Position numbers and translations under genes: made by a program. Shown one piece after another: positions 9,092-18,862 of a stretch of DNA of 43,412 bases. This DNA comes from an uncultured Trueperaceae bacterium (GTDB lineage Bacteria; Deinococcota; Deinococci; Deinococcales; Trueperaceae), in assembly GCA_963815215.1 (NCBI GenBank), contig CAWFFU010000002.1, positions 1-43,412 of the forward strand, given 5' to 3'. Position 1 is the first letter of the stretch. The number at the start of each line of letters is the position of its first letter. Below the pieces are notes generated by a model. It was not told the origin of the DNA and did not search any database. It saw only the letters and a program-made list of their open reading frames with translations.

Positions 9092-10357
9092 CTACATGCC
9101 GTGGGCCTTGTTGAGGATGGCCTGCTCCTCCTTCGCGGCCTGCGACCAGGACGTGGCCGGGTCCTGGTTCTGCAGGACCACACGGTTCACGGCGTCCATG
9201 AACACCTGGCGCTGGGCGCTCTCGTCCACGAACTGGGTGGCGTGCGAGTAGGCCAGCGACTTGATGAACGGGCCGTACACCGGGTCCGAGGAGAGCGTGG
9301 GGTCGTCGACCAGGCTGGCGCGGGCCGGCAGCTCACCCACCGTGTTCAGCCACAGCTTCATGGCACTCTCGCTGGTGACGAACTCGAGGAACTTCGAGGC
9401 GGCCTCGAGCTTGGCCGGGTCCTTGAAGGCGTTGGGGGTGAGGCCGTTCATCCAGAACGAGCCGAAGTCCGACCGCACGCCGTTGGCCAGCGTAGGCAGC
9501 TCGGCGACGCCCCAATCGAACTTGGCAGCGGCCTTGACCGAACCGATGGCGAAGCTGCCGTCGACGATCATCGCGATGTTCCCGATCTGATCGAATCCGT
9601 CCCGGTAACCGTTGTTGCCGGGCACGAAGTTCAGCTGGGCGACCTTGTCCTTGGTCACCAGGCCGGTGTAGAACTCGAAGGCCTTCAGCCCGGCTTCGCT
9701 GTCGTAGGCGACCTTGGTGCCGTCGGCCGAGTAGGGCTGGCCGCCGTACTGACGGATCAGCACCTCGCGCAGCAGGTTGTGGCCCTGACCGTCCGGGGCG
9801 ATGCCGTACCCCTCCTGGGTCATCCGCGAGCCGCTGCTCTTGGTGAGCGCCTTGGCGTCCTGGACGAGCTCGTCCCAGGTCTTGGGAGGGGACTGGATGC
9901 CGGCGGCCTTGAACATGTCCTTGTTGTAGAAGAGCGCCAGACTGCGCACGGCGGTCGGCAGGCCGTAGTACTCGCCGTTGCGCTTGGCCGCCTGCACCAT
10001 GGGGATGAATTCCTTGTCGAGCGCGGCCGTGTCGAAGTACTGACTCGGCAACGGCTTCACGTAGCCAGCGTTCATCCAGGTGTCCAGCCAGCCGTAGTAG
10101 AGCTGCACCACGTCGGCGCCCTGGCCTGCGGGCAGCGAGGCCGCGACCTGCTGCTGGTAGCCGTCGTAGGGGAACGTCTCCTGCTTGACGGTGATGTCCG
10201 GGTTGGCCTGCTCGAACTGCTTGATGAGCTCGGTCATCGCGTTCACGCGGGTGTCGTAGGCGTACTGCCAGTAGGTGATGGTGACCTTCTGGGCGAAGGC
10301 CACGCCGAGCATCGCCACCAGGGCCAGTCCGAGGATCGCTCTCTTCAAACCACTCAT
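9092..10357 (-). CDS. ABC transporter extracellular solute-binding protein (family 1, sugar-type)
   Basis: Sec signal ending AFA|Q, LFYNKDMFKAAG..PPKTWDEL, strong GAAGGAGGA RBS. Confidence 0.93.
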   Translation of the reverse strand: MSGLKRAILGLALVAMLGVAFAQKVTITYWQYAYDTRVNAMTELIKQFEQANPDITVKQETFPYDGYQQQVAASLPAGQGADVVQLYYGWLDTWMNAGYVKPLPSQYFDTAALDKEFIPMVQAAKRNGEYYGLPTAVRSLALFYNKDMFKAAGIQSPPKTWDELVQDAKALTKSSGSRMTQEGYGIAPDGQGHNLLREVLIRQYGGQPYSADGTKVAYDSEAGLKAFEFYTGLVTKDKVAQLNFVPGNNGYRDGFDQIGNIAMIVDGSFAIGSVKAAAKFDWGVAELPTLANGVRSDFGSFWMNGLTPNAFKDPAKLEAASKFLEFVTSESAMKLWLNTVGELPARASLVDDPTLSSDPVYGPFIKSLAYSHATQFVDESAQRQVFMDAVNRVVLQNQDPATSWSQAAKEEQAILNKAHGM

Positions 10358-10414
10358 ACGATCTTCCTCCTTCGATGGGCGGCCGCCCCCTGCGGGCGGA
10401 CCGATGTCGCTACG

Positions 10415-11845
10415 TCAACGGGCGCGCAGATCTTCGCGCGCGTGGGAGAGCGCTCGCCTCCTTCCGAGCAAGGCTTCGCCGTCGAGCGCGGCGCGACGGC
10501 GCGCCCGCTCGAGCTGCTCCTTCACGGCGTCCGGGGCGGGGCCTCCCCCGCCGCGGCGCCGGACGAACGCCTCGGGATCGAGCGCTGCGTGCAGCGCCTC
10601 GGGCGTGAGCTCGGGCCCGCCGAGCTCCGCCACGTCCCGTACCGTGGCCTGCGTCAAGGGCCGGCCGTCGGCCTGCAGCTTCACCACCAGCCTACCGACC
10701 AGCGCGTGCGCCTCCGGGAACGACAGGCGCCCCTCGCGCACCAGCTCGTCGGCGAGCTCGGTGGCGGTGGTGTCGGTCGCGGCGGCGGCGGCGCGCAGAC
10801 GCTGAACGTCGAAATCGCCGCCCTCCAGGCAGGCGAGCAGCAGCTCCACACCACCGGCGAGCTGCACGTGCTGCATCTGCAGCGCGCCCTGCACATCCGG
10901 CCCGAAATCGTTCAGGTCGGCGTAGGGGATGTTGTGGCTCGAGTACAGCACCATCTGCGCGGCGCCCAGCGCCCGGCTGAAGCGCGTTCTGGCGTGCTCC
11001 AACGCCACCGGGTTGCGCTTCTGCGGCATGATCGAGCTGCCCTGCACCAGCCCCTCGTCCAGCCGGTACCAGCCGGCCGCCGCCCACGACAGCAGGTCGC
11101 ACACGAAGCGGCTGAGGTTCAAAGCGACGCTCTGCGCCACGCTCACCACCTCCGCCTCCCAATCCGAGGAAGCGACCGCGTCGTAGGTGTTCTCCACCGG
11201 CCCTTCGAAGCCGAGCAGCGCAGCCGTGAGCTCCCGGTCCAGCGGATGGCTGCTGCCCGCCAGCGCCGCGGCGCCCAACGGGCAGCGGTTCAAGCGCCCG
11301 TACGCGCCCAGCAGGCGCTCGCTGTCGCGCGACAGCAGCGCCTCCACCGCCGCCAGGTAGTGCGCCACCGTGGTCGGCTGGCCCGGCTGGTGATGCGTCT
11401 GAGCGATCAGCACCGTCTCCAGGTGCGCGTCCGCCTTGGCGAGCACCGCGCGCCGCAGCGTCAGCAGCTGCTCGCCGGTGGCCAGCAGCAACTCGCGCGC
11501 GCGCATCCGGTACACCGTCATGTCCAGATCGTTGCGGCTCAGGCCGATGCGCACCCAGCTCACCGCGTGCGCGCCCAGCGCCTGCTCCAGCTCGCTCTGG
11601 ATGGCGAAGTAGGCGTCCGGCACGTCCGGCCCCTGCGCCGGCAGGGGGGTCGTCTCGAGCCCCTCCAACGCCCGGTGCAGAGCCTGGATCTCGCGCTGCG
11701 CCTCGGGCCCCTGCGCCACCGGCAACCGCGCCACCGCCTGCAGATGCGCGCACAACGCACGCACGAAGTGCGGCAGCAGATGCCGCGACGCGAACAGATA
11801 ATCCGGCTCCAGGACCCTACCGCGATAACTCGGATGCCAGGGCAT
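10415..11845 (-). CDS. Argininosuccinate lyase-like C-N lyase (aspartase/fumarase superfamily), probably not biosynthetic ArgH
   Basis: GLSRNDL, THHQPGQP, signature GSSIMPQKRNP. Lies in a transport operon with no arg genes nearby. Confidence 0.85.
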   Translation of the reverse strand: MPWHPSYRGRVLEPDYLFASRHLLPHFVRALCAHLQAVARLPVAQGPEAQREIQALHRALEGLETTPLPAQGPDVPDAYFAIQSELEQALGAHAVSWVRIGLSRNDLDMTVYRMRARELLLATGEQLLTLRRAVLAKADAHLETVLIAQTHHQPGQPTTVAHYLAAVEALLSRDSERLLGAYGRLNRCPLGAAALAGSSHPLDRELTAALLGFEGPVENTYDAVASSDWEAEVVSVAQSVALNLSRFVCDLLSWAAAGWYRLDEGLVQGSSIMPQKRNPVALEHARTRFSRALGAAQMVLYSSHNIPYADLNDFGPDVQGALQMQHVQLAGGVELLLACLEGGDFDVQRLRAAAAATDTTATELADELVREGRLSFPEAHALVGRLVVKLQADGRPLTQATVRDVAELGGPELTPEALHAALDPEAFVRRRGGGGPAPDAVKEQLERARRRAALDGEALLGRRRALSHAREDLRAR

Positions 11846-11929
11846 ACGCTCCCCCCTCGGTGAGCTGGGCCGGGTGCTGGCCCGTGAACTGGGCAGGGCG
11901 CGCGCCCGGGCGGCCCGTCCGAACGTCGC

Positions 11930-12892
11930 TCACGAGCCCCCGCCCCCCACCGCCGCGGCGTCGCCGTCGAGGTGGAGTAGGCGCGCGGCGTTGCCGCCGA
12001 AGATGAGCCGGACGGCGTCGTCGGGCACGTTCAGGGTGTAGCAGGCGCGGAGCTGGTCGAGCAGATAGCGCTCGGAGAAGCCCCGCGGGAAGCTGCTGGA
12101 ATCGCTGCCGAACACGATGCGCTCGGGCCCCACCGTCTCCAGCGCCTTGCGGTAGAGGTCCTCCAGGGTGAGCGGATAGGGCATCCACCGCATCCACTGG
12201 TTGGAGCCGGAGGTGTCGATGTAGATGTTGGGAAGACTCCAGCACAGCGCCAGCAGCTCACGGAAGTACCCCGCTCCGAAGTGCGGGATCACGAAGGGGA
12301 TCTCGGGGAAGTCGCGGGCCACCTCGAACAGCGACAGCGGGTCGATGCGCGGATGCTTGACCACGCCCCCGCCGCGCCCCAGGAAGCCGAAGTGGATGAG
12401 CGCCGGCAGCCGCCGCTCGGCCAGGAACTCCCACACGCCCCGCAGCTCGGGGGCCTCGAACGGGTAGTCGGTGAGGGGGCCGAGCAGCTTGTAGCCGCGC
12501 AGGCCCAGAACGTCGACGGCACGCCGCAGCTCGGCGTCCGCTCCGGGCTCGAGCCGGTGGTGCGCCAGCCCCAGGAAGCGCTCGGGGTGGCGCCGAACGA
12601 TGCCCGCCAGCCGATCGTTGGTGCCGGCGCTGACGAACACCACCCGCCGGAGCCGGTGACCATCGACCTCGCCGATCCAGCGCTCGAGCGCCGCCTCGAT
12701 CTCGTCGTCGGTCCGCGCCGGCGGCTCGGCCGGCTCGGTGTTCCACTCGCGCGCCATGCGCTCGCCACGCTCGCGCGCATAGGCCTGCAGCTCGGGGTGC
12801 TGCGGCGGCCGCTTGGCCTCGGGCGTGCCCATGGTGTTCTCCACCGGGAAGTGGACGTGGAAGTCGATGACCCCTAGGTCGTGGTAGCTCAT
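11930..12892 (-). CDS. Amidohydrolase-2 family metalloenzyme
   Basis: IDFHVH, GLRGYKL, LIHFG, IPHFG, IYIDTSG, FGSDS, GGNAARL. Confidence 0.88.
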   Translation of the reverse strand: MSYHDLGVIDFHVHFPVENTMGTPEAKRPPQHPELQAYARERGERMAREWNTEPAEPPARTDDEIEAALERWIGEVDGHRLRRVVFVSAGTNDRLAGIVRRHPERFLGLAHHRLEPGADAELRRAVDVLGLRGYKLLGPLTDYPFEAPELRGVWEFLAERRLPALIHFGFLGRGGGVVKHPRIDPLSLFEVARDFPEIPFVIPHFGAGYFRELLALCWSLPNIYIDTSGSNQWMRWMPYPLTLEDLYRKALETVGPERIVFGSDSSSFPRGFSERYLLDQLRACYTLNVPDDAVRLIFGGNAARLLHLDGDAAAVGGGGS

Positions 12893-13013
12893 GCCCCTTC
12901 CGCCCCTCCGAACCGGCGACGCTACCCCGTGCCCGACGCGGGCGACAATACCTCTGCGCGCGAGCGTGGCCGGCGCGGGGAGTCGTATGTCGCCCCGGCG
13001 CGAGGATGCCAGG

Positions 13014-13027
13014 GTGAACCGGTTGCA
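13014..13027. promoter_or_regulatory. LacI/GalR-type operator overlapping the predicted transcription start of the amidohydrolase-lyase-ABC operon
   Basis: GTGAACCGGTTGCA has a palindromic AACCGGTT core and a TGCAACCG half-site matching the LacI-family pattern. Confidence 0.65.
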
Positions 13028-13030
13028 TCA

Positions 13031-13059
13031 AGGCTAGGCCGGGCTTCCCGGCCCGTCAA
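13031..13059 (-). promoter_or_regulatory. Sigma-A promoter of the amidohydrolase-lyase-ABC operon
   Basis: Minus strand TTGACG (13059-13054), 17-nt spacer, TAGCCT (13036-13031). Confidence 0.7.
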
Positions 13060-13129
13060 GGGGCGACGGCACGGGGCGGGGACTCACACGGCCCCACACG
13101 GCCGGGTTCCGGCACGCCGGAGCGGGACC

Positions 13130-14494
13130 TCAGCGCCAGGGGAAGCCGGTGCGGCGCCAGCCGGTGCGCATCTCGCGCAACAGGTCGCGGGTGCGCCAGG
13201 CCTCCGCCTCCTGGACCGGTCGCAACAGCCGCCATGCCTGGCTGCGCCCCAGTCCGGAGATCAGGAACAGCGAGTGGTAGCCCGTCCAGGTCATCCCGAA
13301 CAGGTGCAGCGGGGCGGTCTGCAGCAGCGTCAGCAGCGGGCCGGAGAGGACGCCGCCGATGAAGCCCGCCAACCCTGCCACCAGCGAGTACATGGCGATG
13401 AAGGCCACCCGACCTTCGCGCGGCGCCGACACCAGCGCCAGGTTGAACAGGGCCGGCGTGGCGGCGCCCCACGCCAGGGCGTCGCAGAAGCCGGCGATCC
13501 AGATCCAGTAGACGTGGCCGGTGAAGCCCGCCAGGATCCAGGTGGCCGGCAGCAGGGTCCCCGCCAGGAAGGCGCCGAGCGCCAGCACCGACTTGTTGCC
13601 CACGCGGTCGGCCACCCGCCCCCACAGACTGCTGGTGAGCAGCGCCGTGACCGCGGCGATGCCGCTCCAGATGGCGATCTCCGTGAAGCTGAGCTTGAGC
13701 TGCTCCAGGAAGTACGGGATCACGAAGGGCGCGGCCAGGAGCACCACGAACTGCCAGTAGGCGGCGAAGACCAGGAAGCGCCGGAAGTTGGCGTCGCGTA
13801 GCGGCGTGACCAGCACGTCGCGCAGCGCAGCCCGGCGGCGCGGGCTGGGCGGGTCGTACTGCCGGAAGTACAGCGCGACGCCCACACCGGCGCTCAGGAT
13901 CGCGACCATGATGACCACCTGGAAACCGATCGGGGCGGCAACGCGGTCGAGGAACCAGCCGGCCGCGAGGTTCGCCAGCATGCCCACCACACCCACCACG
14001 CCGGCCCGGAAGCCGAAGTAGCGGCCGCGCTGCTTCTCCGGCACCACGTCGCCCATCCAGGCGCTCCAGAGCGTGCCGTTCGACGCCTGGAAGACCGCGG
14101 ACACCAGCACCAGCAGCACCAGCAGGCCGGGAAGCTCGGCGGCGGGAAGGCCCAGGCTCGGGAGCAGCGCGGCGAGCACCCACACGCCGCGGCCCAGCAC
14201 CGCCACCAGCGCCGTCAGCAGGCGCCGGCGCCCCAGCAGGTCGGCCGCCAGAGCGGCCAGCGGGCTGGCGGCCTGGGCCAGGAGCGGCACGCTCGACACC
14301 AGGGCGATCTCGGTGGCGCCCGCGCCGAGGTGGAGCATGAACCCGATCAGCACGGCGCCCGAGGTCCAGTTGAGGAAGACCTGGGTGGCGCTCCCCTCCA
14401 GCACCGACACGCGCATGGTGCGGCGCACCAGCTCGGAGACCGGAGGGGAAGGATCCTGAACGGGCGGGGGTGGGGGGATGGGGGTCGCTTGCAT
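13130..14494 (-). CDS. MFS transporter
   Basis: About 12 hydrophobic segments, WMGDVVPEKQRGRYFG, LWGRVADRVGNK. Confidence 0.88.
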   Translation of the reverse strand: MQATPIPPPPPVQDPSPPVSELVRRTMRVSVLEGSATQVFLNWTSGAVLIGFMLHLGAGATEIALVSSVPLLAQAASPLAALAADLLGRRRLLTALVAVLGRGVWVLAALLPSLGLPAAELPGLLVLLVLVSAVFQASNGTLWSAWMGDVVPEKQRGRYFGFRAGVVGVVGMLANLAAGWFLDRVAAPIGFQVVIMVAILSAGVGVALYFRQYDPPSPRRRAALRDVLVTPLRDANFRRFLVFAAYWQFVVLLAAPFVIPYFLEQLKLSFTEIAIWSGIAAVTALLTSSLWGRVADRVGNKSVLALGAFLAGTLLPATWILAGFTGHVYWIWIAGFCDALAWGAATPALFNLALVSAPREGRVAFIAMYSLVAGLAGFIGGVLSGPLLTLLQTAPLHLFGMTWTGYHSLFLISGLGRSQAWRLLRPVQEAEAWRTRDLLREMRTGWRRTGFPWR

Positions 14495-14689
14495 GGCTGG
14501 GGGCGTGCGTGCTGCGGGGCTCGGCGTGGCGGCGCCCCGGCCGCGATCGGCGCCCCCCGATGTCGGCCGGGGCGCCTCGGGCGAACGTCAGTGTACGGCA
14601 CCGGACAACGCGTTCGCGAGGGTCCTCGGCACCGGCGGCCGGACGCCGACGGGTAGACTGCGTCGTCGCGTCTTCCTGGCACAGGCGCG

Positions 14690-14717
14690 GCATCCGTTTC
14701 GGCGGGCGCCGCGTAGG
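14690..14717 (+). promoter_or_regulatory. Putative ECF sigma autoregulatory promoter
   Basis: GCATCCG-N14-GCGTAGG just upstream of the ECF gene. The same motif and spacing recur at 29758-29785. Confidence 0.65.
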
Positions 14718-14726
14718 AGAGGGTAG

Positions 14727-15290
14727 GTGTACGACACGGTGGAACAGACACCGAGCGACGCCGAGCTGGTCGCGCTGGTCGCGCGGGGCGATGAAGACGC
14801 CCTGCAAGCGCTGTACCGGCGCCACGGTGGAGCGGTCACCGCGCTCGCGCACCGCATGCTGGGGGACCGACAGGAGGCTGAGGAGATCCTTCAAGACACC
14901 TTTCTCCGGCTCCACCGTCACGCTGCCAGCTTCGACCACCGGCGCGCGGCGCTCCGGACCTACCTCTTCGCGATCGCCCGGAACCTGTGCCTGTCGCGTC
15001 TGCGGGCCCGCTCGAGCCGTCCCCGCAAGGCCGCCGACGCCGACCCGCACGACGTCGCCTTCCAGGCGGCGGTGGGCTCGTACGACGACCCGCTGCCCGG
15101 CATCGTGGTCCGTGGCGCGCTGGCGCGGCTGGAGAGCGACGAGCGCTCGATGCTGGAAGCGGCCTTCTACCAGGGCTTCAGCCACAGCGAGTTGGCGGAG
15201 CTGACCGACCTGCCACTGGGCACCGTGAAGAGCCGCCTGCGCCGCGCACTCGCCAGACTCCGCACGATGCTGGAAGGGGGCGCCGCGTGA
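14727..15290 (+). CDS. ECF RNA polymerase sigma factor (SigK-like)
   Basis: DAELVALVARGDEDALQALYRRH, AEEILQDTF, YQGFSHSELA...LPLGTVKSRLRRA. Confidence 0.93.
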   Translation: MYDTVEQTPSDAELVALVARGDEDALQALYRRHGGAVTALAHRMLGDRQEAEEILQDTFLRLHRHAASFDHRRAALRTYLFAIARNLCLSRLRARSSRPRKAADADPHDVAFQAAVGSYDDPLPGIVVRGALARLESDERSMLEAAFYQGFSHSELAELTDLPLGTVKSRLRRALARLRTMLEGGAA

Positions 15291-16024
15291 ACGCCGAGCC
15301 GACGCTCCGCGAGCTGCTGCCCGACTACCTGCTCGGGTTGCTGGCGCCGGAGGAGGCCACCCGGGTGGGCGAGGCACTGGCACGCTCGACGGAGCTGCGT
15401 GCCGAGGCCGACGCCCTGAGGGCCGCCCTGTTCGCACTGCCCGAAGCGCTCGAGCCCGAAGCCCCGGCTCCCGGCTCCTGGGAGACGCTGCTGGCACGCG
15501 TCCGTGGCGAGCGCTCCGAGCCGCCGCGGGAGCCCGCGCCCAGCGCGCCGCCTGCGGCGCCGCAGGCCGTGCCGGCGCCGGTCCCCGGCCGCCCCGGGGG
15601 CCCGCCGCACGCCCGGCGCCCCGTCCTGGCCGTGGCGCTCGCCATCGCCCTGACGCTGCTCGTCGGCACCGCGGGCTGGGGCGCCCTGCAGCAGCGCCGC
15701 GCCGACCTCGCCGCGCACGAGGAAGCGGTGATCGCCTACTGGATGCGCATCCCCGAGTTGAAGATCGTCCCGCTCGAGGCCGTGCGGGGCGGCCACCCCG
15801 GCGTGGCCTGCGTGCTCCCCGACGGGCGCGCCATGGTGCTCCAGCCCCACGCTCCCGGCGCGGGTCGTTCCTACGTGCTGTACGGGTTGACCGGCACCGG
15901 CCGGGTCGAGCTGGGCCGGACCCGCGGCCGCCTCCTGCTGTTCCGCGCCGACGGCCTGAAGGGCGTCGAGCTGGCCGTCGGCGGTCCGTCCGGCGGGGTG
16001 GTCGCCCGGGCCGGCTTGAACTAG
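15287..16024 (+). CDS. Membrane-anchored anti-sigma factor (RskA-like)
   Basis: GTG overlaps the sigma stop. N-terminal ELLPDYLLGLLAPEE anti-sigma domain without the HxxxCxxC zinc ligands, Pro-rich linker, one TM helix, extracytoplasmic C-domain. Confidence 0.82.
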   Translation: MNAEPTLRELLPDYLLGLLAPEEATRVGEALARSTELRAEADALRAALFALPEALEPEAPAPGSWETLLARVRGERSEPPREPAPSAPPAAPQAVPAPVPGRPGGPPHARRPVLAVALAIALTLLVGTAGWGALQQRRADLAAHEEAVIAYWMRIPELKIVPLEAVRGGHPGVACVLPDGRAMVLQPHAPGAGRSYVLYGLTGTGRVELGRTRGRLLLFRADGLKGVELAVGGPSGGVVARAGLN

Positions 16025-16058
16025 CGGCCGGCCGCGGCGGCCCGCACCCCGGTCCGAG

Positions 16059-17348
16059 CTAGGAGGCCACGCCGCACCACGCCAGCGTCGCGCGGGCCAG
16101 CACCTTGGTGACGCTGCGCACGCTGGGGAGATCGACCCACTCGTCGGGCGCGTGCAGGTTGGCGCCGACGGGACCGTAGCAGGTCGCGGGGATGCCGTGG
16201 TGGTGCGCGAAGAAGCGCACGTCGGTGGTGGCGGTGCTGACGTAGGGCAGGGCGTCGTCGCCCATCACCACGCGGTGGGCGCTGCGCAGCCCCTCGAACA
16301 GCGGCGTCGTGGTGTCGATCAGACAACCCTCGGCCTTGAAGCCGTAGAACTCGATCTCCGGCGGATGCTCGGCCAGCCAGGGGTCCTGGGCCGCGAACGC
16401 CAGCAGGTCCCGCCGGAAGTTGGCCTGCGCCGCATCCAGGTCCGCTCCCGGGTAGGCCGAGAAGCGCACCTCCAGGACGCACTCCGAAGGCACCGAGGAG
16501 GGCCAGTCGCCGCCGCGCACCACGCCCACGTTGTAGTTGAGCGGGTGCGCCACCTCGCGGTAGGCCGGGTGGCGGGCGCCGGGCTCGTTGGCCGCGGCCT
16601 CCAGCGCCCGGATCCCCTGCATCAGGAAGGCGGCCTTGTCGTTGGCGTTGACCGCCCGGTCCGCGCCCAGCACGTGCGCGCCCGCGCCCAGCACGGTGAT
16701 GCGCGCCCACAGCACCCCGATCTGGGCGGTGAGCAGCGTCTGGTTGAAGGGCTCGGGGATGATCGCGGCGTCGGCACGCCCGCCGGCGGCGAGGTCGGTC
16801 ACGGCCGCCAGGCTACCGTTGCCGGTGCACTCCTCCTCGATCACGGTCTGCAGCAGCACGTCCCCGGCCAGCGCCACGCCGGCGCGGCGGATGGCGGCGA
16901 CGGCGTAGAGCATGGCGGCGATACCGGCCTTCATGTCGGCCGCGCCCCGCCCGTACATCCGCTCCCCGACGATCTCGGCACCCCACGGGTCGACGCTCCA
17001 CAGCCGCTCGGGGGTGGCCGGCACCACGTCGATGTGGCCGTTGAGCACCAGTGAGCGTCCGCCCGTGTGCTCGCCGGTGTGCTCGCCGGTGTGTCCGGCG
17101 AGTCGGGCGGCCACGTTGGGCCGGTCGCGGTAGGCCCAGTCGGCGGGCGAGTAGCCCGGGAGCCGGGCGATGGCGGCGTGGTCGACGTCCTTCGCGGTGG
17201 CCTCCAGGCCCACGGCGCGGAGCTCCTCGATCACCCGCTCCTGCGCGGCGCGCTCGTCACCCAGCGTGCTGGGCCGTCGCACCAGCTCCCCGAGGAAGGC
17301 GACCTCGGCGTCCCAGGCGCGGTCGACCTGCCGCTCGACCTCCCCCAC
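16059..17348 (-). CDS. M20 ArgE/DapE-family deacylase
   Basis: LNGHIDVV, GRGAADMK, IEEE, IPEP, LHAPDE. Confidence 0.92.
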   Translation of the reverse strand: MGEVERQVDRAWDAEVAFLGELVRRPSTLGDERAAQERVIEELRAVGLEATAKDVDHAAIARLPGYSPADWAYRDRPNVAARLAGHTGEHTGEHTGGRSLVLNGHIDVVPATPERLWSVDPWGAEIVGERMYGRGAADMKAGIAAMLYAVAAIRRAGVALAGDVLLQTVIEEECTGNGSLAAVTDLAAGGRADAAIIPEPFNQTLLTAQIGVLWARITVLGAGAHVLGADRAVNANDKAAFLMQGIRALEAAANEPGARHPAYREVAHPLNYNVGVVRGGDWPSSVPSECVLEVRFSAYPGADLDAAQANFRRDLLAFAAQDPWLAEHPPEIEFYGFKAEGCLIDTTTPLFEGLRSAHRVVMGDDALPYVSTATTDVRFFAHHHGIPATCYGPVGANLHAPDEWVDLPSVRSVTKVLARATLAWCGVAS

Positions 17349-17367
17349 GCGTCGTCGAGCACGGCGC

Positions 17368-18111
17368 TCATGCCCGTCCTCCCGGCGTCGTGCGGCCCTC
17401 GTCCCGCGCCGCCCGTTCCATCGCCTCTTCCATCGCTCGTTCCATCGCCTGTTCCATCGCGTCCTCCATGACCGCCACCGGCCCCCGCGTCACGACCCGG
17501 ACCGGGGTGGCGGCCCTCACGTCCTCGACCGACACCTCGCGAGCGCGTTCCCTGAGCCGTAGGCCGTCGTCGGTGACCTCGAACAGCCCCAGCTCGGTCA
17601 CGATCAGGCCGGCGGCGCGCGGCGCCGTCAGGGGGAGATCGCAGCGCTCCACGATCTTGGGCTCGCCCGAGCGGGTGCGGTGGCGCGTCAGCACGATGGT
17701 GCGGCGCGCCTTGGCCGCCAGCTCCATGCTGCCGCCCATGCCGGGGCTGGGGCCGCCCGGCGCCTTCCAGCTCGCGATGTCGCCGCGGCCGCTCACCTGC
17801 ATGGTGCCGAGCACCGCCGTGCCGAGGCGCCCGCTGCGCACCAGCGCGAAGGCCAGGGCGCTGTCGAAGACGGCGGTCTCCGGTGCGCGCGAGATCGGTT
17901 CGCCGCCGGCGTTGATGAGGTCGACGTCCACCTCGCCTGCGGGAGGGCGCGGTCCGATGCCGGCGATGCCGTCCTCGGCGAACAGCACCACCCGCCGCCC
18001 CGGCGGGATGTGGTTGCCGACCAGGGTGGGCAGCCCGATGCCGAGGGCGACCAGCTCGCCGTCCTCGAGCAGCAACGCCGCGCGCCGCGCGATCAGCTGA
18101 CGTGGGTCCAC
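17368..18111 (-). CDS. Family I CoA-transferase subunit B
   Basis: IARRAA..L.DG..V.LGIGLPT, catalytic Glu in FAEDG, PGMGGSMEL. GAGGAGG RBS before GTG18111. Confidence 0.88.
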   Translation of the reverse strand: MDPRQLIARRAALLLEDGELVALGIGLPTLVGNHIPPGRRVVLFAEDGIAGIGPRPPAGEVDVDLINAGGEPISRAPETAVFDSALAFALVRSGRLGTAVLGTMQVSGRGDIASWKAPGGPSPGMGGSMELAAKARRTIVLTRHRTRSGEPKIVERCDLPLTAPRAAGLIVTELGLFEVTDDGLRLRERAREVSVEDVRAATPVRVVTRGPVAVMEDAMEQAMERAMEEAMERAARDEGRTTPGGRA

Positions 18112-18142
18112 GACGGAGCCTCCTCTCCGGTACGCGCCCGGC

Positions 18143-18859
18143 TCATGTCTTGGGCGCCGGGATGCCGGCCGGGACCGGGCTCCCCGGCACCAGGTAGTCG
18201 ACGAACGCCCCCGGGATGTGGACGGCGTCGGGGTCGAGCTCTCCCGCCGGCACCAACGTGCGCACCTCGGCGACGACCACGTCCGCCGCCATCGCCACCA
18301 GCGGGTTGAAGTTGCGGGCCGTGCCGCGGAACACGAGGTTGCCGTAGGCGTCGCCGACGTCGGCCAGCACGATGCCCAGCGGCGCGCGCAGAGCGGGCTC
18401 GAGCAGGTAGGCACGGCCGTCGACCTCGACGAGGCGCTTGCCCTGTTCGACCTCGGTCCCCAGACCCACGTCCACCAGCACGCCCCCCAGGCCCGCGCCG
18501 CCGGCGCGGATGCGTTCGGCCAGCGTGCCCTGCGGCACGAAGGTCACGTGCAGACGGCCCTCGTTCATCTGCTCGATGGCGATCGGGTTGGAGCCGATGT
18601 GCGACACCACGGCACGCTCCACCTGCCCGGCGCGGATCAGCTTGCCCACGCCGTGGGAGGGGTAGCCGGCGTCGTTGCCGATGATGCTCAGCCGCCCGAA
18701 GCCGGCGGCCACCAGGGCGTCGACGAGCAGCGGCGGCGTACCGATGCTGCCGAAACCCCCGAACAGGAAGGTGGCGCCGTCGGAGAACAGCGCCATGGCG
18801 GCCTCGGCGTCGATGACCTTGCCGTAGCTCCCGCTCCCCTGCAGCTTCGCGCCGTTCAT
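18143..18859 (-). CDS. Family I CoA-transferase subunit A (YodS/AtoD-like)
   Basis: FGGFG..GTP, SHIGSNP, PQGTLAERIRAGGAG, ARNFNP. Confidence 0.92.
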   Translation of the reverse strand: MNGAKLQGSGSYGKVIDAEAAMALFSDGATFLFGGFGSIGTPPLLVDALVAAGFGRLSIIGNDAGYPSHGVGKLIRAGQVERAVVSHIGSNPIAIEQMNEGRLHVTFVPQGTLAERIRAGGAGLGGVLVDVGLGTEVEQGKRLVEVDGRAYLLEPALRAPLGIVLADVGDAYGNLVFRGTARNFNPLVAMAADVVVAEVRTLVPAGELDPDAVHIPGAFVDYLVPGSPVPAGIPAPKT

Positions 18860-18862
18860 GCG

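Noticed and set aside
10415..11845. Naming the lyase argH
   Set aside because: The signature is shared across the superfamily, the His-region motif diverges and the context is catabolic transport, so no symbol was assigned.
9101..15497. Very long ORFs 9101..11863 (+) and 13056..15497 (-), and similar ones elsewhere
   Set aside because: They are antisense or off-frame shadows of well-supported genes in GC-rich DNA, are Arg/Pro/Ala-rich and contain no motifs.
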